Source: Myxococcales bacterium (GTDB lineage: Bacteria > Myxococcota > Myxococcia > Myxococcales > Anaeromyxobacteraceae). From it: a stretch of 26,047 bases of DNA. Shown here piece by piece: positions 8,318 to 17,202 of the stretch. The notes beneath the pieces are model-generated. The model had not been told where the DNA came from, made no database searches, and saw only the letters and a program-made list of their open reading frames with translations. Within the stretch, counting starts at the first letter, position 1. Each line of letters starts with the position of its first letter. The stretch is taken from assembly GCA_038320275.1 (NCBI GenBank), contig JBBQEB010000039.1, positions 1-26,047 of the forward strand, given 5' to 3'. The translations under genes and the position numbers were made by a program.

Positions 8318-10279
8318 TCACACGCGGATGGCGAAGTCCTCGCGGTCGCGGGTGAGGTGCGGGCTGTAGTAGGGATCGTCGTGGAGCGCGGCGCTCCAGC
8401 GCGCCTTCACGAGCGCCTGGTCCTCGGGGGGGTCGAGCGCGCCGCGCGTGGCGGACTCGTGGTGCACGAGGCGGGCGAACGGTGTGTACACCACGAGGAG
8501 CCCGCGTTCGCGCAGCTTCAGGCACAGGTCCACGTCGTTGTAGGCGACGGGGAGGCGCTCCTCGAAGCCCTCCACTGCCTCGAAGTGACCACGGGGCACG
8601 AGCATGCACGCGCCCGTGACCGCCGAGACGTCCCGGACCACGTGGCCGAGCCAGGCATACCCGGGTTCGTCGCCCGTCACGTGCTTGAAAGCGTGGCCCG
8701 CGAGGGAGCCCAGCCCGAGCACGACGCCAGCGTGCTGCACCCGTCCGTCCGGATAGAGGAGGCGCGCCCCGACCGCGCCCACCTCGGGCCGCTGCGCGTG
8801 CTCGATCATCGACTCGAGCCAGTCCGGGGCGAGCACCTCCACGTCGTCGTTGAGGAACAGGAGGTGCTCGCCGCGGGCTTCTCGCGCGGCGGCGTTGTTG
8901 AGGGCCGACCAGTTGAACGGGCGCGGGTCACGGAGCACGCGGTGGCGGCGACCGAGCGTCTCGAGGAGCTCCAGCGCCCGCGGGTCGGCGGAGCCGTTGT
9001 CGACGATGAGGAGCTCCCAGCGTGGCCAGGTGGTCTTCCGCTCCAGGCTCTCGACGCAGGCGCGCAGGACGTCGGGCTTGTCGCGCGTCGGCATGATGAT
9101 CGAGACGAGGGGCTCGCCGCGGATCGCGTAACGGACGCTGTACAGGCCCGGCCGGCTCGACTCCACCCGCCCGTCGATCCCGCGGCGCGCGAGCGCCTCC
9201 CCGAGGGCGCGCATCGCCGAAGCCTGCGCGTACCCCTTCACCCCCCGCTGCGCCGCCTCGGAGCCCTCCACCTTGCGCCAGTGGTAGAGCACGCGCGGAA
9301 CGTGGCCCATGCGCTGCGTGTGCTCGGTCACGCGCAGGAGGAGGTCGTAATCCTGGCTCCCCTCGAAGCCGTCCCGCGGGCCGCCGGCAGCCTCGACGAC
9401 GGCGCGGCGGATCGCGGTCAGGTGGTTGAGGTAGTTCATCGACAGGAAGAGGTCGGGCGACCACTCCGGCTTGAAGAAGGGCTCCACCCGCCGGCCCGCC
9501 TCGTCGAGCTTGTCCTCGTCCGAGTACACGACGTCGAGGCTGGGCTCCGCAGCGAGCTTCGCGGCGACCGCCAGGAGCGCCTCCGGCGCGAGCTCGTCGT
9601 CGTGGTCCAGAAAGGCGACGAAGGTCCCGCGCGCCATCGCGAGCGCTCGCCGCGTCGCGCCGGCGATGCCCTGGGAAGCCGCGCTCCGCTCCACCCGCAC
9701 CCGGCTGTCGCGCGCGGCGTACTCCGCCAGTACGGGGCCCACGTGCGCGGCGCGCGAGCCGTCGTCCACGACGCACAGTTCCCATCCCTCCCAAGCCTGC
9801 GCGATCACCGAATCGAGGCACCGGCGGAGGAGGCGCTCCTCGATGTCGTGCACCGGGACGAGCACGCTGAAGAGGGGCGCGCCCGAGGCGACCGCCGCGT
9901 CGGCCGCCTCGCGACGAAGCGCCCCGAGCTCCGCCGGCCCGCATGCGTGCCGGGCGATCCAGGCGTCGTACGCGCCGGGATCCGGGCCCGGCGCCGCGAC
10001 GCGGGGCAGCCGCGGCTTCACGAAGCCCTTGAGGCGCGCAGCGCTCGCCTCCCACGCTCGCCGGAGCTTCGGCACGCGAGCGAGAGCCCGATCGCGACCG
10101 TTCCACAGGCGCGTCGCGAGCTGCCATGCGAACGTCGCCTCCATCCTCGCGATCTGCCGCTGCTGCGCGGCGATTGTTTCCTCGAGCCGCGCGAGCTGGA
10201 GCTTTCGCCGGCTCAGCTCTGCGCGAAGCTCATCGACACCCTGGGTGTCGTGGCTTTCTGAAGCGGCTGCCGGATTCAC
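8318..10279 (-). CDS. Double-domain GT2 glycosyltransferase (WsaE/RfbC-like) with a short N-terminal coiled coil
   Basis: ORF 8318..10513; GTG 10279 preferred (653 aa), 14 nt after the upstream stop. Two intact GT2 domains: FSVLVPV..VVDDGS..FLDHDDEL..YSDEDK..FFKPEWSP..GSQDYDL and VSIIMPTRD..IVDNGS..FNWSALNN..FLNDDVEV..SAVTGAC..YNDVDLCL..HHES. Confidence 0.92.
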   Translation of the reverse strand: MNPAAASESHDTQGVDELRAELSRRKLQLARLEETIAAQQRQIARMEATFAWQLATRLWNGRDRALARVPKLRRAWEASAARLKGFVKPRLPRVAAPGPDPGAYDAWIARHACGPAELGALRREAADAAVASGAPLFSVLVPVHDIEERLLRRCLDSVIAQAWEGWELCVVDDGSRAAHVGPVLAEYAARDSRVRVERSAASQGIAGATRRALAMARGTFVAFLDHDDELAPEALLAVAAKLAAEPSLDVVYSDEDKLDEAGRRVEPFFKPEWSPDLFLSMNYLNHLTAIRRAVVEAAGGPRDGFEGSQDYDLLLRVTEHTQRMGHVPRVLYHWRKVEGSEAAQRGVKGYAQASAMRALGEALARRGIDGRVESSRPGLYSVRYAIRGEPLVSIIMPTRDKPDVLRACVESLERKTTWPRWELLIVDNGSADPRALELLETLGRRHRVLRDPRPFNWSALNNAAAREARGEHLLFLNDDVEVLAPDWLESMIEHAQRPEVGAVGARLLYPDGRVQHAGVVLGLGSLAGHAFKHVTGDEPGYAWLGHVVRDVSAVTGACMLVPRGHFEAVEGFEERLPVAYNDVDLCLKLRERGLLVVYTPFARLVHHESATRGALDPPEDQALVKARWSAALHDDPYYSPHLTRDREDFAIRV

Positions 10280-10293
10280 GATCTCTCTATACC

Positions 10294-12663
10294 CTAGCCA
10301 GAGGCCCTGCCGGGCTGCTCGTGGGCGAGCGCCGAGCTCCCGTTGCCGCTCGCTCCGGAAGAACATCCCGGCGGTATCAGCTCGACACGCGGAGCCTCCG
10401 GGTGGAGCAGTCGCTTCAGCCCGCCTCGGGTCCCGAGGAAGCGCACATGGCAGCGGGCGCCGCCCTCCGGTTCGGGCTGCACCACCAGGTGGGCGTCGAG
10501 CGTCCGGGCGCACCCGCGCGCGCAGGTGACCCTCTCCACCACACCGAGGTTGAGCGGAAGGGCGACCGCCCTCCGCTCGCCGGGCGAGACCTCGACGTCG
10601 AGCCCGTCGCGGCGGCGCGTGACGCGCGTTTCAGCGGCGCCGACAGAGAAGTCGAAGTCGAGCGCGCTCGACGGGGCTTCGCCGCGCGCGACGCCCACGC
10701 CGCCGACCGGAATCTTCCGCGACCAGAGGAGGTCGCTCCCGGCACCGCGCACGTCGAAGGTGGCGGCGCAGGCCAGGGGGAGCGCGGCATCAGCCGTCGT
10801 GAGGACGTGGTTCACCCCCAGCGCAGCGAGGCGCGCGCTGCAGGGCGAGAGGGACACCTCGACCACGTCGCCCTCCTCCAGCGTGCGCTTCGGGGGCAGG
10901 GCGAAGCGGACGTGCGCGTAGCGGTCGTAGATCGCGCGGGTGAGGCCGGGCGAGTCGGGCGCGAGGAAGCGGTAGAGGTCGAGGTCGGGCACCGTCTGCA
11001 GGGAGGTGAGCACCGGCCAGCCGTGCGCGGCGAGCACCGACCCCATCGTCGCCGTGTAGTCGGCGATGCGCCCGGGCCGCTCGCGCAGCGCCGCGTCCAC
11101 CACCGCGTGGCCGGCGCCCTTCGCGTAGAGCGCGCTCGTCGGCAGGAGCGGGTTCACCGGGGCGTTCACGAGGACGAGCGGGAGTGCCCAGGCGACGGCG
11201 AGCGCGCGCGCGCCGTGGCGCGTACCGAGGAGCGCACACGCAGCGAGCGTCAGCGCGACCGAGAGCGAGGCCGCCACGACCAGCGTGCGGTCGAGCGTCA
11301 CGAGCCTGCGCGCGCTCGTCCAGGAGAGCGCGAGCAGCGCCGCGGCGAGGAGCACCTCGCGCCAGGGGCGGCCCTGCCGCGGCCCGACCGCCTCGAGCTC
11401 GGCGAGCCCCGCCGTGGCGAGGAGCGCGCAGGCCACCCCGAACGGCATCCAGGCGCGGTGCCAGGGCGTGAAGCGCAGCAAGGTCGCGGTGCCCACCCAG
11501 GCCGGGAGCGGCAAGAGGAGCCAGGCCGCGAGGAGCGCGCAGGCGAAGGCGGTCGCCGGCGAAGCGCGCAGCACCCGACGCACCGCCTCGTGCACCGGGC
11601 CGCGCACGAGCGCCAGGATCCCGAGCAGGAAGAACGGCAGCGCCTCCACGCACGAGGCTTCGCAGACGTTCATCCCGGGCACGAAGCCGCGGTAGACCGG
11701 GTCGTCGCGGAGCGGCGCCGCCACCTCCAGCGACGGCCAGAGCATGTCGGTGAGCCGTCCGGCGGGCAGCTCGCCGGCCACCGCGACGCGGCTGCCGGGG
11801 TAGATGGTGTTCACCACCAGCGCGAGGTAGGGTGCGAAGTAGAGCACGGAGAGCACGGCGCCCAGGCCGATCGCCACGATGAGCGGCAGCGCGCGACCCG
11901 CGGCCCGCAGGGGGTGGTGCTCGCGGCGCCAGGCCAGGTCGACCACCGTTCCACACGCGATCCAGAGCAGGGGAGCCCAGACCGGTGGGTAGAAGTTGAA
12001 GAAGGCGCAGGCGGAGAGGTAGGCGGCGGCCGCGGTCCAGCCCCAGCGCGCCCGAGCCCCTCGAGCCTCCACCGCGCGTCCGGCGGCGAACACGAACAGA
12101 CCAGAAAAGGCGACGATCTCCACGTACGCGTGGGAGAGCCACCAGTTGAGACAGCCGCTCGCGAAGAGCGCGATCGCGCCCAGCGCCGCCACGTCGGCGC
12201 GGCGCCTGCGCTCGGCAGGGAGCGCCGAGCGGTCGTCCGCGAGGGCACGGGTCCACCCGTAGAGCCCCAGGATGAGGAGCGCGCTGCGCAGGAACCAGCG
12301 CACGCCGTGCGACCACCAGCTTCCAGCGAGGAGCGGCCAGAGGTGCGGCCGGAAGGCGAGCCCCCAGTCCAGCACCGGCGCGTCGAAGGGGTTCCGTTGC
12401 AGGTGCCCGAGGCCGAGGTCGAGGTTCACCAGCGGAAAGGAAGGCCGCGCGATCTGCTGCACGCGCGCGAGTGGGAGGTCCACCGCCCACTCGTCGCTGC
12501 GGATGCCGCGCGGAAAGCCGGCGAGCTCGTGCCGCGCTCGCTCCGGGGGTGAGAGCAGCGGGTCCTGCATCCCCCAGTAACCGTAGGAGCTGCCGGTGTA
12601 CCCGGCGAGGCCGAGGAGGAGGAGCCCAGCCGCTATGAGCGGAGGCCAGCGGCGAGGGCTCAC
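10294..12663 (-). CDS. Large polytopic membrane protein, probable GT-C-fold glycosyltransferase (RSDEW motif in the first extracytoplasmic loop)
   Basis: Real part of ORF 10294..13440. GTG 12663 overlaps the upstream stop (GTGA); 789 aa. N-terminal TM, loop with RGIRSDEW, more than 10 hydrophobic segments, then a soluble C-terminal domain. The function is inferred from topology and the acidic DE motif. Confidence 0.75.
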   Translation of the reverse strand: MSPRRWPPLIAAGLLLLGLAGYTGSSYGYWGMQDPLLSPPERARHELAGFPRGIRSDEWAVDLPLARVQQIARPSFPLVNLDLGLGHLQRNPFDAPVLDWGLAFRPHLWPLLAGSWWSHGVRWFLRSALLILGLYGWTRALADDRSALPAERRRRADVAALGAIALFASGCLNWWLSHAYVEIVAFSGLFVFAAGRAVEARGARARWGWTAAAAYLSACAFFNFYPPVWAPLLWIACGTVVDLAWRREHHPLRAAGRALPLIVAIGLGAVLSVLYFAPYLALVVNTIYPGSRVAVAGELPAGRLTDMLWPSLEVAAPLRDDPVYRGFVPGMNVCEASCVEALPFFLLGILALVRGPVHEAVRRVLRASPATAFACALLAAWLLLPLPAWVGTATLLRFTPWHRAWMPFGVACALLATAGLAELEAVGPRQGRPWREVLLAAALLALSWTSARRLVTLDRTLVVAASLSVALTLAACALLGTRHGARALAVAWALPLVLVNAPVNPLLPTSALYAKGAGHAVVDAALRERPGRIADYTATMGSVLAAHGWPVLTSLQTVPDLDLYRFLAPDSPGLTRAIYDRYAHVRFALPPKRTLEEGDVVEVSLSPCSARLAALGVNHVLTTADAALPLACAATFDVRGAGSDLLWSRKIPVGGVGVARGEAPSSALDFDFSVGAAETRVTRRRDGLDVEVSPGERRAVALPLNLGVVERVTCARGCARTLDAHLVVQPEPEGGARCHVRFLGTRGGLKRLLHPEAPRVELIPPGCSSGASGNGSSALAHEQPGRASG

Positions 12664-13952
12664 GGAGGCGATCCGGTCGCTGCGGCTCCCACTGAGACCC
12701 CGGGACTCCTCAAGAACCCCGCCGCCCGGTCCACCTGCTCGTCCCAGCTCCACGCCCCCGCCGTGCGCGCGCCCTCGCCGGCCAGCCGATCGCGCCGGGC
12801 GGGGTCGGCCTCGAGCCTGTCCAGCGCCTCGCAGATCGCGCTCACCGACGGCTCGGTCACCACCGCGTTCTCGCCGTCGCGGAGGAGCCAGGCGCAGTCG
12901 GGGTTCACCGTCGCTACGGGCACCGCACCGCAGGCCATGAGCTCGAAGGGCAGGTACGAGGGGTGACGCGTCATCATGAGGGCGAGCCCAGCGTGGCAGG
13001 AGCGGTAGATCGCGCCCGTCTCGCGGTAGGGCAGCAGCCCCTTGAAGGCGATCTCCCCGAAGCTCGCGGCGATGGCCGGCGGCACTCCGCTGCCGGCCGC
13101 CACCACCTCCACCCGCCGCGGCCTGCGGCGGCGCAGCTTCGCGAGGGCAGCCACGCCGAGCTCGAAGGCGTTCCGGTCGATCGCGGGCCTCGCGTAGAAG
13201 AAGACGCGGAAGGGCGTTGCCGGGCGCGGCGCCTCGGGCTCGTGGAACACCTCGCGGTCCACCGCCGGGACGAAGGGGAACACAGGCGCCCCGGTCTCGC
13301 GCGCGTACACCTGCGCCAGTCCGGGCGTGTTCACGATGGCCGGCAGCCCGAGCCGCCAGGTGGCGCCACAGAGCGCCGAGGCCGTTCCCGCGGGGTAGAA
13401 GAGCCGCTCGTCGTCCTGCAGGAAGTAGAGCTTCCGCCACACCGCGCGGTCCCGGGCGAGCGCGTAGGCGCCGGTCCAGAGCGTCGCGATGCCGGCGTCG
13501 GCCTCGGCCAGCCTCCCGGCGCCGTCGCGCCCCTCTCCGGTAGCCACCACCGGTGCCTCCGCCAAGGCTGGGAACGCCGCCGCGATCCGCGCCCGCGCCG
13601 GTGCGACGTCGCGGGCCTTTCCGTCGTAGAGCAGGAAGCGGCTCTCGATGCCGTGCCGCTCACGCCAGCCGCTCGCGAACCGCAGGACGGTGTGCACGCC
13701 GCCGTAGAAGGCGTTCTCGAAGACCGGCAGGTACCAGTTCACCGTCTTCACGGGCGCGTCGAGCCGCGCCGCCTCGGCGAGCCGCCGGCGGTGCGCGGTG
13801 AGATCCGAGGCGTCGAGGTCACAGCGGGCAACGAGGTCGAGCCCCGATCGCAGCCGCCGCTCCTCGCGCAGCTCGCGGGCGAGGGCGCGCGCCCGCGAGA
13901 GCGGCGCCCTCGTCAGCCGGGCAACGAGCTCCGCGGCTCCGGGCCGGTTCAC
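12660..13952 (-). CDS. WsaF-like GT4 glycosyltransferase (putative rhamnosyltransferase)
   Basis: Real part of ORF 12660..15416. GTG 13952 in a GTGA overlap; 430 aa. Motifs VNWYLP..FYGGVHTVLRFA, DAGIATLWTGAY, YFLQDDERLFYPAG, FFYARP...RNAFELG, HPSYLPFELMACG are characteristic of the WsaF family. Confidence 0.87.
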   Translation of the reverse strand: MNRPGAAELVARLTRAPLSRARALARELREERRLRSGLDLVARCDLDASDLTAHRRRLAEAARLDAPVKTVNWYLPVFENAFYGGVHTVLRFASGWRERHGIESRFLLYDGKARDVAPARARIAAAFPALAEAPVVATGEGRDGAGRLAEADAGIATLWTGAYALARDRAVWRKLYFLQDDERLFYPAGTASALCGATWRLGLPAIVNTPGLAQVYARETGAPVFPFVPAVDREVFHEPEAPRPATPFRVFFYARPAIDRNAFELGVAALAKLRRRRPRRVEVVAAGSGVPPAIAASFGEIAFKGLLPYRETGAIYRSCHAGLALMMTRHPSYLPFELMACGAVPVATVNPDCAWLLRDGENAVVTEPSVSAICEALDRLEADPARRDRLAGEGARTAGAWSWDEQVDRAAGFLRSPGVSVGAAATGSPP

Positions 13953-15601
13953 CCGGCGATCCTCCGCGCCAGGTCCAGCATGTCCTCGCGGGCGAGGCGC
14001 AGCCGGCATCGCGTGTCGCGCAGGCTGAGGTTGGGGTTGTAGTAGGGGTCGCCGGCCTCGAGCCAGGGCCGGTACACCTCCAGGCTCACCTTGAAGTCCG
14101 ACGGCGGGATGACGTGGCCGCGCGTCTTCGACTCGCCGTGGAGGAGTCGCGCCTGCGGCGTCACCACGTTGCGCAGTCCCGCTTCCATGGCGCGCAGCCC
14201 GAGCGCGACGTCGCTGCCGCAGAGGATGAAGCTCTCGTCGAAGCCGCCCAGCCGCTCGAACACCTCCCGCCGCACCAGCAGGCAGGCGCCGGTCACCGCG
14301 CTGCAGTTCCGCACCACGTCGCTGCGCCCGCAGCGCGAAGGCGCGCCGACGTGGGCGCCCTGCAGGAGGTGTCCGGCGAACCCGGTCATGCCGACCACCA
14401 CGCCATAGTGCTGGAGGGTGCAGTCGGGGTACAGAAGCTGCGCCCCGACGCAGCCCACGTCGGGCAGGCTGGCGAAGGCGAGCATCGCGTCGAGCCAGCC
14501 GGCGTGCTCCGCCTCCACGTCGTTGTTCATGAAGAGGAGGTACTCTGCGTCGGTCTTGCGGGCGGCCCCGTTGTTCACCGCCGACCAGTTGAAGGCGCCG
14601 GGCCAGCGCAGCACCTTGGCCGTCCTGCGCCGCGACGCCTCGGTGAGGAGCGCGAGCGCCTTTGCGTCGGTGGTGCCGTTGTCGACGAGCAGGACCTCCA
14701 GCCGCGCGTGATTGGGGTGGTTGGCGAGCCCGCGCAAGCAGGTCTCCAGCAGTTCCGGCCCGTCGCGGGTGGGGACGATCACCGCGACCCGCGGCGGCAC
14801 GGCGGGCAGGTAGCGCAGCCGAGGCAGGGTGCCCGGCGTCACCTCGTAATCGCTGCCCAGCCGGCCATCGGCGTACGCCATCACCGCCCGCGAGGCGGTG
14901 GCGCCGTCCGGAGCGCGAGCGTCCTCGCGACGGTGCAGCAGCACGTCGGGGAGGTGACGCACCGTGCGCAGCGACGGCAGGAGCCGCAGGAGGAGCGCGT
15001 GCTCGCCTTGCCCGAGCCCGCCACCGTCGAGGACGAGCTCTCGCCGCAGCGCCTTCAGCCCACCCACCGCGTCGTGCGAGAGGAGCGCCTCCGGCGACCA
15101 CCCCGACTTGAAGAGCGGCGCCTCCCGCTTCGCGCCACGCAGGCGATCCTCGTCGGAGTAGAGGAGGTCGGCGGGCGCCGCGCCGCTGGCGGCGATCGCG
15201 TGGAGCGCCTGCGGCGCCAGCTCGTCGCCGGACTCCAGCGGCAGCACGAGGTCGCCGCGGCCGCGCTCCACCACCGCGTCGATGGCGACCGATGGCCCGG
15301 CGTCGAGGCGCTCGAAGCGCCGATAGGTCTGCCGCTCCAAGGAGGCCAGCGTCCGCTCTGCTGCGACCTCGTCCCCGGGCCGGCGCTTCAGCACGAGGTC
15401 GAGCGACGGCTGCCACGGCAGCGCCGCAGCGCCCCGCGCCTGGAGGTCGAGCTCGGCGGGCGCGGGGGTGCGCAGGGCCAGCCAGGCCCGGTACTCCGGG
15501 TCTCGGCTCCCGGGAGAGAGCCCGGCGAGCGCGCGCGCGACGCGGCGCGCCCCGAGGCCGATCCCCAGCCCCACCGCGCGCGGATCGCGCTCGCTCGCCA
15601 T
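13949..15601 (-). CDS. GT2 glycosyltransferase with a degenerate N-terminal GT2 domain and an intact C-terminal GT2 domain
   Basis: ATG 15601 (MASERDP..., 550 aa). N-domain remnant LYSDED..PLFKSGWSP with ESGDEL in place of DHDDEL. C-domain VAVIVPTRD..VDNGT..FNWSAVNN..FMNNDVE..SAVTGAC..GGFDE..HGESKTRG..DPYYNPNL. Confidence 0.9.
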   Translation of the reverse strand: MASERDPRAVGLGIGLGARRVARALAGLSPGSRDPEYRAWLALRTPAPAELDLQARGAAALPWQPSLDLVLKRRPGDEVAAERTLASLERQTYRRFERLDAGPSVAIDAVVERGRGDLVLPLESGDELAPQALHAIAASGAAPADLLYSDEDRLRGAKREAPLFKSGWSPEALLSHDAVGGLKALRRELVLDGGGLGQGEHALLLRLLPSLRTVRHLPDVLLHRREDARAPDGATASRAVMAYADGRLGSDYEVTPGTLPRLRYLPAVPPRVAVIVPTRDGPELLETCLRGLANHPNHARLEVLLVDNGTTDAKALALLTEASRRRTAKVLRWPGAFNWSAVNNGAARKTDAEYLLFMNNDVEAEHAGWLDAMLAFASLPDVGCVGAQLLYPDCTLQHYGVVVGMTGFAGHLLQGAHVGAPSRCGRSDVVRNCSAVTGACLLVRREVFERLGGFDESFILCGSDVALGLRAMEAGLRNVVTPQARLLHGESKTRGHVIPPSDFKVSLEVYRPWLEAGDPYYNPNLSLRDTRCRLRLAREDMLDLARRIAG

Positions 15602-15681
15602 GGTGCGGCTTGTACAGGCACCCGCGCGGCCCGGCAAGGAGCCGGAGAGGCCGGGTCGCACCGCCCTATCAGCGCTCGCCG

Positions 15682-15711
15682 TTGACGCCGCGGCAAACGG
15701 CTTGCTACAGC
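15682..15711 (+). promoter_or_regulatory. Putative sigma70-type promoter for the DUF2142 gene pair
   Basis: TTGACG (15682-15687), 18-nt spacer, TACAGC (15706-15711, preceded by TGC). Same geometry as the promoter at 491-520; ends 6 nt before the GTG at 15718. Confidence 0.45.
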
Positions 15712-15717
15712 CCGCCC

Positions 15718-17202
15718 GTGCTCCGACGCCCTGCCCGACGCCGGCTCGCTGCCGCCGCGCTCGTGGTGGGCCTGGCGCTGGCGAAGGGGCTCTTCCTGTC
15801 CTTGCTGGAGCCCCCCTTCCACGGTCCGGACGAGCCGTATCACTTCGACCATGCGCAGGCGATCGCCGAGGGGGGCCGGCTGCCCCCGCCGGCGCTGGAC
15901 TGCCGCGGGCCGATGTTCAGCGAGGAGGTGCGCGCGGCCGTTCAGTCGACCGTCCAGGGCGTCGCCTTCCACCCGGAGGCCCGGCTCCCGCCGAGGGACG
16001 GGCTGCACTGGCCCACGGGTCCGGCGGCCCGCACCACCACGGGATGCGGACCGGCCGCCATCTACCCTCCCCTCTGGTATGCGGCGGCCGCGGCGGCGTA
16101 CCGGTTTGCGGGCGACCGGCCGCTGCAGCAGCGCCTTCTCGCCACCCGCTGGGTGAGCGTCGCCTGGAGCGGGGTCGCCGCGCTGGCGGCGCTCGCGCTG
16201 GGGATCCTCCTCGTCGGGCCGCTCCGGCGCGCGCTCCTCTTCGCCGTACTGGTGGTCCTGCAGCCCATGGCCGGGGTCATGAATGCCCTCGCCAACAGCG
16301 AATCTGCGGCGCTCGCTTGCGCGGCGGTGGCCTTCGCCGCCCTCGCGGCGATCCATCGCCGCGTCGCGCCGCGCGCCGCCCGGGCCGTGCTGTCGTGCGC
16401 GCTCGCGCTGGGCGTGCTCTCCAAGCCCGGATTCGCGCTGGCCTGCCCGCTCCTCGCCGCGCTCGCCTTCCTGGCGCTTCGCCGGAGGCGGCACCCGCTC
16501 CTCGAGACCACCGCTCTCTTCGCTCCCGCCGCGCTCGCCCTCGCCGCCTTCGAGCTCCTCGGCCCCGCGCGCCTCGGGCTCCACCACGAGATCGAGGCGA
16601 GCGGAAGCCTGCGCGACCAGCTCCTGCACCGCGTGCTCGCGCCGAAGCGGCTCTTCGACGTGTGGGTGGAGCAGGTCTGGATGAAGCACGGCTGGATGGA
16701 CATCAACGTGCCCCGGCCGCTGTACCTGCTCCTCGCTCTCGCGACGGTCCTCGCGGCGGCGGGGCTGTACCGCGTGCGCCTGCACCGCCGGCGCGAGCGG
16801 GCCATCGCGCTCTCGGTGGGCGGCGGCTCGATGCTGATGGTGCTCGCGCTCTACGGGGTGGCCTGGCAGCGCGGCGATCTGCTCTGGGTGCAGGGCCGCT
16901 ACGTCCTCGTGCTCTTTCCGGCGTACGCGTACCTGCTGTACCGAGGGCTCTCCGCGCTCTCCGGCGGTCCGCGCCTGGCCTGGGCCTTCGGGATGCTGCT
17001 CGCCCTGGTGAACGTCGCGGGCGCGGCCACCGCCATGCGGCGGTTCTACGGCCACGGCGCCTCCTCCACGCTGGCGGGCTGGCAGGCAGGCTGGGGGGTG
17101 CCGCTGCTCGCTCCCTCCGGCGCCGTCGCGCTCGCGCTGGCGCTTCTCCTGCTGGGGCTGGGAGCATGGCCGCGACGTCGACCAGCGGTCCGCGCGCCGT
17201 GA
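15718..17202 (+). CDS. DUF2142-family membrane protein (putative GT-C glycosyltransferase), paralog 1
   Basis: Real part of ORF 15292..17202; GTG 15718 (494 aa). TM1 followed by PPFHGPDEPYHF, later YPPLWY, many TM segments and QGRYVLVLFP, the PDE..H / YPP.Y / QGRY pattern of DUF2142. Confidence 0.85.
   Translation: MLRRPARRRLAAAALVVGLALAKGLFLSLLEPPFHGPDEPYHFDHAQAIAEGGRLPPPALDCRGPMFSEEVRAAVQSTVQGVAFHPEARLPPRDGLHWPTGPAARTTTGCGPAAIYPPLWYAAAAAAYRFAGDRPLQQRLLATRWVSVAWSGVAALAALALGILLVGPLRRALLFAVLVVLQPMAGVMNALANSESAALACAAVAFAALAAIHRRVAPRAARAVLSCALALGVLSKPGFALACPLLAALAFLALRRRRHPLLETTALFAPAALALAAFELLGPARLGLHHEIEASGSLRDQLLHRVLAPKRLFDVWVEQVWMKHGWMDINVPRPLYLLLALATVLAAAGLYRVRLHRRRERAIALSVGGGSMLMVLALYGVAWQRGDLLWVQGRYVLVLFPAYAYLLYRGLSALSGGPRLAWAFGMLLALVNVAGAATAMRRFYGHGASSTLAGWQAGWGVPLLAPSGAVALALALLLLGLGAWPRRRPAVRAP

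Noticed and set aside
8123..15685. Long plus-strand ORFs 8123..10261, 10126..12552, 12963..14042 and 14114..15685
   Set aside because: Mirror frames of the minus-strand GT operon; no recognisable domains.
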